DNA of 32,471 nt from Octopus bimaculoides (Eukaryota), in NCBI RefSeq assembly GCF_001194135.2, contig NC_068984.1, positions 60,881,824 to 60,914,294 of the forward strand, read 5' to 3'. The notes under the pieces are model-generated. The model was not told the origin of the DNA. It made no database searches and worked only from the letters and a program-made list of their open reading frames with translations. Below, one piece after another: positions 10,740-21,829 of this stretch; the first letter of the stretch is position 1, and every line of letters begins with the position of its first letter. Made by a program: the position numbers and the translations under genes.

Positions 10740-11115
10740 CAGTAGTTTTATTTTTATAACGTGCTTTCACTTCACTACCGAGCGCAGCTCTGTGTGCCCT
10801 GGGTATGTGCTGTGGTTTGATGTGATGCTCTTATAGTTACTGTATTGAAAGTGTTTTGCGTAGAATGTGTGCAGTGCCCAGTAGTGCAATTTTCTGTATG
10901 TTATATATATTTGTAAGTCCTAATGTTTTTGTTATGTATTTGCCGGAATATTTTTTTTATCATACCTATTGCGCCTACTATGATAGGAATTGTTTCTGTT
11001 TTTAGATTCCACATTCGAGTTACCTCTATTTCCAGGTCTTTGTATTTTGAAAGTTTCTCTTTTTCTTTTAGGGAAACGTTGTCATCTGCTGGTATTGATA
11101 CATCAATTAGAAAGC
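10740..11115 (-). mobile_element. 5'-truncated R4/Dong-like (RLE) LINE, element B
   Basis: Minus strand translates CFLIDVSIPADDNVSLKEKEKLSKYKDLEIEVTRMWNLKTETIPIIVGAIGMIKK /frameshift/ KYSGKYITKTLGLTNIYNIQKIALLGTAHILRKTLSIQ* (stop 10837-10839), then a 3'UTR. Flanked by (ATT)4 at 10728-10739 and (ATT)5 at 11116-11130. Confidence 0.9.
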
Positions 11116-12634
11116 ATTATTATTATTATTGGAGTCTTGCATGCACAGCGGGCTTGCTACCTGCAGCCTACGGTACCATGCTATCCATTCTTTTCAGCTA
11201 TCTAATACTTTCCTGATTATTCTGGCCGTGCCAAGGAGGTAAACCTTTTGTAACAGTGCTTCTGGGCACTCTATTCCGATTTCCTTTACATTCCCCTCGA
11301 GGCCTTTTGATACTGTTCCCAAGGCTGATACTCCCTTCAGTCATGACTGACCATGTGATTGCACCTAGGAGGTTACCCTCCCAGGCACAAGTCCAGGCAA
11401 GGTTATTTCTTTTATGGAAAACCAGCAGTCGCCCTTGCATACCAGCCTCCTCCCTCCACGCCACCGGTGTTATCCAAGGGAAAATAAAAGGCCGATACAG
11501 CTTGGCACCAGTGACGTCGCAACTCATTTCTATAGCTGAGTGAACTGGAGCAACGTGAAATAAAGTGTCTTGCTCAAGAATACAACACGCAGCCCGGNNN
11601 NNNNNNNCCAGTGACGTCGCAACTCATTTCTACAGCTGAGTGAACTGGAGCAACGTGAAATAAAGTGTCTTGCTCAAGAATACAACACGCAGCCCGGTCC
11701 GGGATTCGAACTCACAACGTTGCGATCGTAAGCTCGACGCTCTGACCGCTAAGGCATGCACCTTCCCAAGGACCCAACAATAATTGGCACTATCTTTACC
11801 TTCTTCATTTTCCATAGCCGGGCTAATTTTTACTTAAGAGGGTTGTATTTATCTATCTTTTCGCTTTCCTTCTTGACTATTCGTGAGTCAAAGGGGTATG
11901 CAACATCAACTATATAGCACATGAGGTGCACCTTGTGTACCACTACGAGGTCCGGTCTGTTATGCTCTAGCATCTGTTTGAATCGGGAAATCCCAGACGA
12001 TTTTTTCTAGTCTCCGACTGCGCTACTCTCTGTGGTTTGTACTCATACCACGTATTGCCTCTCTCTAGCCCCTATTTTTCGCACAGTTTCCAATGTAACA
12101 CTTTTGCTACCTGCTGGTGTCACAACAACTTGTAGTGGTTTTGGGAAAGTTTAGGGCATTCGTTCGTGATATGGGCAATGGTTTCATCCACTCTATTGCA
12201 GATGCAGCACAGCGAAGACACTCGCTCACTCCGCAGATTGACCCTCCAGTTCGTGGCCAAAGTTTGTTGCTGTGTTGCTAATATAGTGAACCCGGCCTCT
12301 TCTTTTAGGGTTCCTTTCATCAGTCAATACCACCTATATTTCCGGCCACTTCTGTTGTGGCTACATGGAATTGATTGTGTAGTCCCTTTTCGCGCAATTC
12401 TTCTTCATGTCCTTTTTGTACTTCTTTTGTTTTCCTTTTTTATTTGCTTTCAATAATCGCTCGTTTCTAACTGTCACTAGCAAGGTTCCTTACTTTGGGC
12501 TAGGTATCTCATTAAGCTCTCGAGTCCATACGCACGCAATCTTCCACACTTATTAGTCCTCTTCCTCCATTTGCTCTCTTCAAGTATAGACAATGAGGGT
12601 GTGCACGTAGATGATGGGCTCCATGCATCGTCAG
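11116..12634 (-). mobile_element. 5'-truncated, decayed R4/Dong-like (RLE) LINE, element A, interrupted by a SINE
   Basis: Minus-strand motifs with stops and frameshifts: LTMHGAHH..LYLKRANGGRGLISVEDCV; zinc knuckle CCICNRVDETIAHITNECPKL..YKLL*HQQVAKVLHWKLCEK*GLERGNTWYEYKP; KIVWDFPIQTD; LEHNRPDLVVV..CYIVDVAYPFD..KESEKIDKY (PD..D nuclease); RLWKMKKVKIVPIIVGSLG|TVSKGLE..LLQKVYLLGTARIIRKVLDS* (stop 11194-11196); (AAT)5 tail. Confidence 0.92.
11325..11762 (-). mobile_element. tRNA(Arg-like)-derived CORE-SINE with 9-bp TSD (spans a 10-N gap)
   Basis: Head gagttcgaatccc (B-box). Central cttgagcaagacactttatttcacgttgctccagttcactcagctgtagaaatgag aligns to the MIR/CORE consensus. TSD TTCCCAAGG at 11316-11324 and 11763-11771. 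Confidence 0.92.
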
Positions 12635-12825
12635 CTATTAAGGGACATGTTCAACTCGTTAAGGTTAAACAAGTGACACGTAAATCTGTGGTATTCAGCA
12701 GAAAATTTGCTGTAGCCCATCTTTTATACCAAGACAAAACAATGTATTTGATAACTCTTCCAATCAGTTAAAATGAGAAACCATGACAGCCACTGCCTGG
12801 TACTGCATCAGGGCATTTCTTCTTT

Positions 12826-12852
12826 TTCTTCTTCTTCTTCTTCTTCTTCTTC
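12826..12852. repeat. (TTC)n microsatellite
   Basis: Read directly. Confidence 0.95.
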
Positions 12853-12965
12853 AAGGCGATGAGCTGGAAGAATCGCTAGTACGCAGGGCGTAATGCCTCT
12901 TTCGTTCGTTACCTCCGGTGTATGTTGGTACCAAACACTCGTTACCACGTATCCATAATTCCAGC
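12853..12965 (+). mobile_element. Degenerate 5' part of SINE 'family B'
   Basis: aaggcgatgagctggaagaatcgctagtacgcagggcgtaatgc matches the head ggcggcgagctggcagaatcgttctcacaccgggcgaaatgc (reverse complement of ~27325-27366). Confidence 0.7.
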
Positions 12966-12973
12966 ATGTTATT

Positions 12974-12994
12974 ATGATCATGATCATGATCATG

Positions 12995-13029
<35 letters not shown>
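12974..13029. repeat. (ATGATC)3 + (ATT)n compound repeat
   Basis: Read directly. Confidence 0.95.
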
Positions 13030-14281
13030 CCTTAACCGTGTCAATTTTCTAAACGTTATTCTTAAATCAGACTATTCTCCACCTTATAGAGAACCCAATT
13101 AAATTTTTCACTGTATCCATAAACTTTAAAATCATTCCAAAATAAAGGCAATCATCTTGTGGAAAATAGCTTGTTACGGATTTTCAAAATCTCAGCTAAT
13201 GAACAATTATGGAATGATACTTTAAATTATTACAATAGTCTCTTAGTTGAGTAAATTTTCAGATAAAACATTAAATTGGAAAACACAAAGCACCAATCCA
13301 TGTAAAGAAAGACTTGCTCTTCGGTATAATTCACTCTATAGTCTGCAAGTAGCCATCTTAGTTGCCAAATCTTTCTTTAATCTTTTAATTAGAAAATTTC
13401 CATCGGAATACAAGTAACGGAAATCGAATAAAAATTCCTTAATCGATTATACACAACTTCACGTCGACTATAGCTAAATATAATCAATCCAAATTAAACT
13501 TGCCCACTACTGATCGCTACATTGCGATTTGAAATTTTATGCATCCAAACAGCTGTTCATTACACTGAAAATAAAATATTAACGGACTGAGTAATCTAAT
13601 ATCTACTCAATGTTATATATCGGATTAAATGACAATTTTTTAAAATTAAGGTTTAATCAACATTCTTGTACATTCTGCCGCCCAAACAGAAGCGTTAACA
13701 CAACCCTTTGACAAGAGAATCTAAATTGTAAAACATTAGTTATAATTTCGAACGGAAAAGTCTTCGCTTCGTGATACCAGATACTAATACCAATAACATT
13801 TGCCAGTTTTGTACAGCTGAAACATTTGGACTAGTCTCACTTTTATTTCTCGTCTCAGAATTTGTATCATCTTCCCTCATGCAATTATCAAAACTGAAAT
13901 ATTTTACATTGTAAATTATCCGAACGGGTAAAAGAACAACATAACATTCAAATATATGCTTTGCACCATCAATTAACAGAGTCCTCTTTTTAATGATCAT
14001 TACAATCTATTTGTATTTAGACAGTGATGCAGCGCTGCACAAGATTCTTATGCATTTACATCTAAGGGATATACTGCCCCAAATTTCATTTACTTTCGCT
14101 GCACAAGCACATGAAAGTCCCTTTCTTTGTTGTATAGTTAGACCTATCAAGATAGAAATAAGCAAAAGCCTCCGTGTAACCAATGACCGACAGAGTACCG
14201 TCTTTATACCTGAATAGATACATTTCATGAAGAGATATATTTCAACTGATGTATTTCATCGTTTGACTCTCTAAACTATAG

Positions 14282-15586
14282 TATGAGATGAATTACAGAA
14301 GGTTTAAAGCTTTTTAAGGTGAGACAGTTATAACTGTACTAGATTATTGTATGTCATTGCTATACATCTAATAAGCTGACCTGGTAACTTTTTAAAATTT
14401 AAATTGAAGAAGGAAGCTGTAACAGTTCTTTGAACGCAGCCTATTAAACACTGCTTGTCACTTCTGACTAGTTTGCAGAATAAAATCCGGACGTGGAGAC
14501 AATTTGGAAGCTCACTCTCCAATAGAATTTTGTGTTAAACTGGGCAAAAATACTACAGAAATTTATGAGACGTTCCGGATTGCTTCTAGATTAAGTTTTT
14601 ATGAGCCGATCGTCTGTCTTGAGTTGACACAAGAGGTTCAAGGACAATAGAGAGAAAGTGAGAGAAGATGAGTAGTGTGGGAGGGAAAACATTGGAGCTA
14701 ATTGAGTAATTTCGCAGTTTTCTGGCTGACGACCGCCATATTTCTATAAAGACGATAAACATAGTTTGTAGCTGGTGTAGTGGCAGTAGACAGAACTAAT
14801 TATAAGATCTGAATATGTGAAGAATTTCTGAAAAATTTGTTCCCTGGGTGCTCAATGACGAACAGAAGGAAAGATGCTTTGGTGACAGCAGGGAAATGCT
14901 TGAGCTCATTACCTCCAATCCCAGAGTTCTTGAGTCTCTGGTGACGAAAGTTGAATCTACTTTTATGATCCAGAGACTAGGCGACAGAGTGCCTAATATA
15001 AGAAACCTGGTTCCCACAGACACAAAGCAGTCAGGCAAAGTAAGTCCACCGGGAAGCTCATGTTCCACCTTTTCAACCAGGTCATCGTCTACATACGCTG
15101 GGTTCCCTCTGTCCAGACGGTCAACAAAGAACGCACTGTAGAGTTTTTGAAGGAGTTTAGGAAGAGACTTCGCCGCCACAAAAGGTCAGAACGTTACCAT
15201 TTGAGTCGGTGGGGCCTACGTCAGGACGATACACCAGTCCACACTTCCATCCTTGTATCCTACTGCTTTAACAGAGATGGGCATCAAAACACTTCCCTAC
15301 CTTCCATACAGTTCAGAGTTTGATCCTTGTGACTTGTTCCCAAGCAGGGGAACACCAGGGTCAGTCATTTTAGAGACATTGAGAAGATAAATGAGGTTGT
15401 GACAAAGATCCTAGACGCCTTCCCTTTGGAGGATTTCCATGGGTCCTCCGCGATGTGGTTGCTGCGCTACAACAAATGCATGCAAGTAAAAGGATGCTAC
15501 TTTGAAGTAGATTAGTTTTGTACTTGTCTCAAATTAATAAATGCATCTCTTGAAAAAGTGTGAAAACTTCTTGGGTGCATCTTGTA
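14282..15586 (+). mobile_element. Full-length fossil mariner (Tc1/mariner, DD34D), ~1.3 kb, transposase pseudogene ~14490-15515
   Basis: Motifs across frames: IEFCVKLGKNTTEIYE; KFVPWVLNDEQKER; GDES*IYFYDPETRRQSA; VIVYIRWVPSVQTVNKE; QDDTPVH; PYSSEFDPCD; RYNKCMQVKGCYFEVD* (stop 15513-15515). 34 residues separate the 2nd and 3rd D after removing one extra base. Degenerate TIRs 14282-14315 / 15553-15586 (23/34 by hand), TA at both ends. Confidence 0.92.
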
Positions 15587-15816
15587 TTCTCAGCAACAAT
15601 TATATGAGTACCCACTTTTTTCGTTATAGAAGTCCTTGAGCAGTTATTTAAAGGATTACATTGCTTTCAAATATTTTTGTCTTACAATAGATAGGCACAA
15701 TAAAAATTACCTAATTAATTCAATGCACAAATCGTTTCGGCTAATTCATTCGACAAACCTAACTAGCATTATAACATAAGTTAATTTAGCAGCAACTATA
15801 ACACTATTTTACTTGT

Positions 15817-15825
15817 ACACACACA

Positions 15826-15860
<35 letters not shown>

Positions 15861-15898
15861 ACACACACCCGCGCGCGCACACACACACACACACACAC
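15817..15898. repeat. (AC)n microsatellite with (GC)n interruption
   Basis: Read directly. Confidence 0.95.
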
Positions 15899-16455
15899 TT
15901 TTTTTTATAGAATTTTTATTCTGTATTTCAATTTCTACGATCTACTAAAAATATTAATTTTTAATCTCGTGCTATTATTTGTACGTAATGATCATAGATA
16001 TATCTTCAATTAATAGATTTAATCCAACTGGCAGTCATAACTTATTGAGTAACCTGATCCACCCCTTTATAACGTTTAATTACAGAGACCTCGTATTATA
16101 CATTTCAGCACACAAACCTAATGTAATAATCAATTCGGAAATTTGATAATTCTAAATGACTTTTAAACCTTTATTGATTCTACTGTCCACCAATTGAATC
16201 GAAAGAGTAAATATCATGTCATGTGGCCGACGAAAATATGGCAATTATTCACGTGAAAATATGCCTGAAAATATATGAAGTCACAAGGATATAGACGTCT
16301 GCATTGACAGCAAATGCCCAAACTGTTCCCTTATAAAACGTATGCTCTAAAATGAATGAAGACATTTTTTGCATCCCTTACGGTAGTGTAGCGTGGGTTT
16401 GAAAAAGGGCTGTGTGATAGTCAAATTGGCCATCTCATTCCTTAAAAGTAACATA

Positions 16456-16862
16456 GGCGCAGACATGGCTGTGTAGCAAGAAGCTTGCTTCCCAACTACA
16501 TGGTTCTAGGTTCAGTCCCACTGGGCACCTTGGGCAACTGTTTTCTACTACATCCTCGGACCGACCAAAGGCTTGTGCGTGGATTTGGGAGGTGGAAACT
16601 AAAAGAAGTTCGTCATATATATATATATGTACATGTATCTATGTGTGTGTGTGTGTTTGTATCAGTATTCGTCACCCCTCCCCACTTGACAACCCGTGTG
16701 TTTGCGTCTCCGCAACTTTGTGGTTCGGCGAAACAGACCGATAGAATGAGTACCAGGCTTAAAAAAGAAGTACGGGGGTCGATTCATTCATTCGACTAAA
16801 AATTCAAGGCGGTGTCCCAGCGTGGTCACAGTCTAATGACTAAAGCAATAGAAAATAAAAAA
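16456..16862 (+). mobile_element. Full-length SINE 'family A' with an internal (TA)n/(TG)n tract
   Basis: Head ggcgcagacatggctgtgtagcaagaagcttgcttc..ggttcagtcccac is shared with 32275-32471 and, reverse-complemented, with 26103-26472. A-rich tail. Confidence 0.88.
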
Positions 16863-17025
16863 TACCTTCAGTTACAGCAAGGATACATATTTAAAGTGAC
16901 CGACTTGTGTGGTTTGCACATCCGCATGCCTCGCTACACTTCTGGACCGCTTATTGAATATATACTAATATTTGACACATGTGATTGAACATCTGCATGC
17001 GGCCACAGGCAGTCTCTTCCAGCCC

Positions 17026-17079
17026 CATACATTCTCCCCTGCACATACATTCTCCCATGCACACACATTCTCCCATGCA
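17026..17079. repeat. 3 x 18-bp minisatellite
   Basis: catacattctcccctgca / catacattctcccatgca / cacacattctcccatgca. Confidence 0.95.
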
Positions 17080-17917
17080 ATACAATACATTACATATTCT
17101 AATACGTATCTGTAACATTGCAGTGATGTTGTAAGTGGCTTGGAGTCGCACGATGCAAAACACATGCATGACCACAGCAAACTGACAATATGCAATATGG
17201 TTGCAGAAATGATTACATGCTACAAGTGAAGTTATACGTACAAATCTATATAAAATAAAACACGCCCACGCATGTTGATGCGCGTACGAACAGGATCATT
17301 TGTCGCCAACCCTCACACCACACACCTACATGCATGTTGATCAACACCATATGCATTATCATGCTTTACTGTATTATAGACAAAAATAAGCTTTCTTCCC
17401 TCGTAAACACAATAAACGAGGAAACATAAATACAAATAATTGCACATACCGTACAAAGCAGGTTCACACGTCTATACGTCCACACGTTTGCACAAATAGG
17501 TCCAAGATAAGTCAATTCTAAATCCCCTCACGATAGCTACGTGTATATTATAAGAATAGTTATGCAGTAAATGCTATTCCGTTCACGATTGCTGTCACAA
17601 TTTGATTCATGAAAGTATGTTGCTGTACTTGAAAGTACTCTTCCCGCAGGCGTAGTCCTGGCAAGATTTCTTTGTGGAACTGCTCTTGTATGCAAATACT
17701 TCTTCCCCATGCCATCGGTAGTAATTGACCATCCAGATTGTTGGTAAATAACAATAGTGCAAATTACTGTTCTGTTCTGAAAATGCAGCGTTTCAACATG
17801 ATTATGCAGTCGTGTACACACTGCACAACATACTAGTATTTTCTAGGGAAACACGTGTAATGATTATGTAATTTATGGTGTTATAATAAAAAGACAAACT
17901 AAATCTCTTTTATTCTC

Positions 17918-17922
<5 letters not shown>

Positions 17923-17953
<31 letters not shown>

Positions 17954-18290
17954 NNNNNNNNNNNNNNNNNNNNNNNNNNNNNNNNNNNNNNNNNNNNNNN
18001 NNNNNNNNNNNNNNNNNNNNNNNNNNNNNNNNNNNNNNNNNNNNNNNNNNNNNNNNNNNNNNNNNNNNNNNNNNNNNNNNNNNNNNNNNNNNNNNNNNNN
18101 NNNNNNNNNNNNNNNNNNNNNNNNNNNNNNNNNNNNNNNNNNNNNNNNNNNNNNNNNNNNNNNNNNNNNNNNNNNNNNNNNNNNNNNNNNNNNNNNNNNN
18201 TTCCGATCTCACACACAGATATATATATATATATATCTGTGTGTGTATACATATATTCATACTTATATACATACATTCATACATACATAT
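17923..18290. repeat. (AT)n - 247-N gap (17954-18200) - AT/ACAT-rich repeats
   Basis: Read directly. Confidence 0.9.
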
Positions 18291-19164
18291 AAAATGTATT
18301 CACCTACATACTCACAAGTGCACGCACATCTATGCACACTTAGATGTGTGTACATATATGTATGTATATGTGAGCGAACGAAACAGTCTGACATGAATAT
18401 CACAATTTACAGTTTTATCTTACCTATAAATATGAAATCATAGTGTATGTAATGAAATCTTCGTAATTGTATATCGATTTAAACTGTCTTCTTATCTCCT
18501 GTTTTGTTTTTATGGAATGAATCAAATATATATTTAGTGAAATAAATAGATGTGTTAACATTCTCCACGAAATCTTTTAACAGAACACGAAAGAAATTAA
18601 TTAGAAAAGAACATGAGACAGCATAAGATTATTGATAAAAATCATCGATAGAGGTAGCACAGTGCAACAGCTCTTAGTGTCACGACATATGAATCTGAAA
18701 GGCAGCTGTATGGTAGATCCGTGTAACCCATACCAGCCTGTAAGATGGGTTTTGTAAAATTCGATGAAGGAGGCGGTAGTGTGGACACGATGACGTGGAT
18801 GATGGTGATATTACCGACGATGATAATGATAATAATGATGGTTTTGAGAAGGAATCAGAAAAGAAGGAGGAAAACCAGACTCTTCAGTAAATATGGATTT
18901 ACTGAAATCGGACTGTTGTTCATTATGTTTGTTTGTCTTTGGTTGTCCCCTCTATGTAATACTTTTATGGCAAAATTTATGAAATAAAGAAGAGACACAA
19001 AACCACACTATTGGAAAAGGTTAATACTGATGACTGTTTTTCTTATCTATCAAATGTTCGAAGTTAAAGTGTCATTTCGACAGTATGCTCTTCTCGAAAA
19101 TGGGAACCATAGCAATATGTTTGCAAAGAAGGTCTCAGGTCGCTTTAGATGCAATAGGAGAGCG

Positions 19165-19184
19165 AGCGAGATAGATAGATAGAT

Positions 19185-19264
<80 letters not shown>
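19165..19264. repeat. (AGAT)n + (AG)n microsatellite
   Basis: Read directly. Confidence 0.95.
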
Positions 19265-19266
<2 letters not shown>

Positions 19267-19339
19267 GACATTGTACTAATAGATAGGAAGATAAATATAG
19301 AAAGCTTCAGATTGAAATGTTTCGCTAGATTAAGGGCGA

Positions 19340-20420
19340 ACCCTAGATAGCTCTGTTTGGTGATAATGATAGGGATATTGTCAGTATCAGAGGCTCATCA
19401 CTTCTAAGCAACAGAAGGCGTTTTCAGAGAACATGGAAGTGGGTATAGTAAAATGGAGAAGAAAATTTCTTAATTGATTTACTGGGAACGGGCAACGAGG
19501 AGATTACTGGCTGTTTGATGCATGGAGATCTTGTTTGCAGCTCAGATGATAATCTTGTAGGAATTAATGCAATGGGTAAAAAAATCCAGTTGTTGGTTGA
19601 GGTAGGGGATTATTTTCCAGCTCCTCCAGGCATGTCCTTCGTCTATACTTTTGCAACGCAACTGTGTGAAACACTTAGAATATTTCGAGTTACGGACTTC
19701 GATTCCATGACGGATGCGCAAGTTAAGAGATCTACTAGAATTAGAAACTCCACTTCATTTAGATGACTCGAAATACCCTAGATTTTCGCGAGGAGGTGAA
19801 AGGCCTTGTTGTGAAAGGCCTTGATATGATCCAATAGGCGAAGAGACGTTGATGATTTCGCAAAGTTTGTATATGGAGGCGAGAAAAAGGTCAAGAGTGT
19901 TTGGTGTGTCTGTCGGGAAAATGAATACAAAAGACACTAATTATTGTAGAGAGCTCAAATTGGTAAACGACTGCAGCAGCATTGGTGCGGAGGTGTTTGG
20001 TTGTCAAGATCAGTTGAGCCATCGAAGACAACAAATTCAAGGAAGATTTACGTGTGATGCTGCTGTAACATGAGTAAGGACATTTGAACAGTTTCTGGTG
20101 ACTGGAAGGACTTAGTGAGCAGGTACTTAGGGAATAGAGTTAAGAAGAGATTAAGCTTGATTAATTGCGATTCTGTTTTGCTGATATCCAGATTAGAGAG
20201 GTTGGAAAAGCGTATTCTTCATGCGAATTGACAAAAATTTAGATGTATAGTTGTAAATATAGTGTTTACTGGGAAGTATATAATAGTTAGAGACAACATT
20301 TGAGGGATTTGTGTCACAATGAGGAGCAATATCTATAGATTAGTTGTTAGTAAGAGATTCGGCATGTGGTCAAAACTAGACCGAAGTTTTCAGAGAGAAG
20401 AGAGATAGGCATCCAGCAAA
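19340..20420 (-). mobile_element. Heavily decayed CR1/L2/Jockey-group LINE, APE endonuclease region
   Basis: Minus-strand peptides LRSSFDHMPNLLLTTNL*ILLLIVTQI and FPTDTPNTLDLFLAS..NVSSPIGS (ORF 19755-19937) match the N-terminal NxRGLRS and C-terminal PT..P....LDLFLT..SPLG.SDH motifs of CR1-like APE domains. Many stops. Confidence 0.6.
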
Positions 20421-21829
20421 TTGAGTGTTATTCATTTTAAACTTAACTCTATTGATTTCATTGCTTATTTGATATAATTTTTGTCACTGGAAAGATAATA
20501 AATCGAGATTCATGAGGTGCTGCGAACTGGTACTTTGAATTCTATAAATATCTTAGGTGAATATTTCAGAGGGCATGCATTTCTGGGCAGCAATCACGAG
20601 CTGAAATTCATGAGGGTACTGGAATATACTCAAGCCGGTTGTGTAACCCCGTACAAAGCTGGGTACTTATCTAACTGGAATTCAATCTGTTGGAAAAATG
20701 TTCTTATTTATAATTCCTGACAATGGCTGGATGTAGAATCAGCATTATTTTCAGTTGATTCTCATATCAATACTTCACAGTTTTCAAGACTGTTGAGGGA
20801 GTAAGCACACACGAACAAAATTAATAAAGGTAGTGAAATTAAACATGAAGAGGAGAACTAAACGTAGATACCAGCAGGTGTCACAGTGAAGGCGAAATAG
20901 TACGACCCACTAATACATTGTAGAGTAGGAATGTGGGAAACTTCAACTGGTCGTCGTGCCAGACGTCTAATCGATATGACCACATATAACGCTATCTAAT
21001 GCACCTCCTATTATAATGCATAAGTAAGCTTTTGTGTTAATATTGAGTCATTTGTCTCTCTAGTTTCTAGTATTTTTTCTCTTAAGACAGACTAATGGCA
21101 ACGGAATTCACTGCAATATATTTATATTCTACGAACTTCTACGGATCAACTTTTGCCAATCTAGGCTACTACAAGCTCCTTTATTTCTGGATTTTACCTA
21201 TTTTGCACCTTGTAAAAGAAGACTTAATTCTCGTCATTCAAGTCCTTCACCCGTTTTAGTTCACTTTTGAAACAATTTCGCATCCCATACACAAATTGTG
21301 TTTTGATTGGGTTCAAAAGTGTTTACATTCAATCATTTATTTGCCTTTGAACTCATTCAAAGTACAAAATGTTAAACATGTTGTAACAAATACGTATAGA
21401 AATGAAATATAATGATTTTAGCAACAAAACGGGATCCCGAAGAAAGCAGCGGTTGGACATGAATGGTGCTGCATTTAGTTTCGGCCTTCTATGCTGTAAG
21501 TTCAAATCTCACTGGTTATTAGTTCTGACAATTCATCTAAATTTTAACGATGAAATATTGAACCGATTCCACTGACTATAAAAGAAAGTATTTCTAGTAT
21601 TATTCAGAAGTGTTAAAGTTGATAAAAATGCTACAGTACTGCATTAAGTATCTTACGGAATTTAGTTTCGTTTTTTTTTTATACGTATGTAGTTCAAATT
21701 TCATCATGGCGAACATAATCTTCCTCAATATAATCTAATAACCAATCTTAATTGTAAGAGAATATCGCAAGTTTCTACTCTGTTGAAGAGACAATAGTTT
21801 CAAACTGTCCATGAAACAAATTCACTTAC

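Noticed and set aside
4079-11543. Paralogous small proteins sharing AQVQARLF / GRY.L.PVT.QL (ORFs 4079-4336 and 11256-11543)
   Set aside because: Both are antisense translations of the same SINE family.
11508-11697. Apparent 90-bp tandem duplication of the CORE domain (11508-11597 and 11608-11697)
   Set aside because: The copies sit exactly either side of a 10-N placeholder gap and differ at one base (tctatagc vs tctacagc). This is typical of unmerged overlapping contigs or haplotypes, and the sister copy at 4103-4382 has a single CORE.
12290-12330. Hammerhead core CTGATGA on the minus strand (12317-12323)
   Set aside because: It lies in LINE coding sequence (..LMKGTLK), with no stem II/GAAA arrangement downstream.
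12808-13044. ORF with poly-Ile and poly-Glu runs
   Set aside because: It is a translation of (ATT)n and (TTC)n microsatellites flanking a SINE fragment.
16215-16280. Short peptide MSCGRRKYGNYSRENM resembling a pogo/psq HTH start
   Set aside because: It stops after about 20 codons, with no TIR or downstream transposase motifs found.
16951-17195. Cys-rich, metallothionein-like ORFs (CMGECVCMGEC..)
   Set aside because: The periodicity comes from the 3 x 18-bp minisatellite within (CA)-rich sequence, with no other support.
21440-21730. Two further very decayed family-B-like fragments (..agttcaaat..)
   Set aside because: The similarity is limited to a B-box-like 9-mer and scattered bases, too weak to call by eye.
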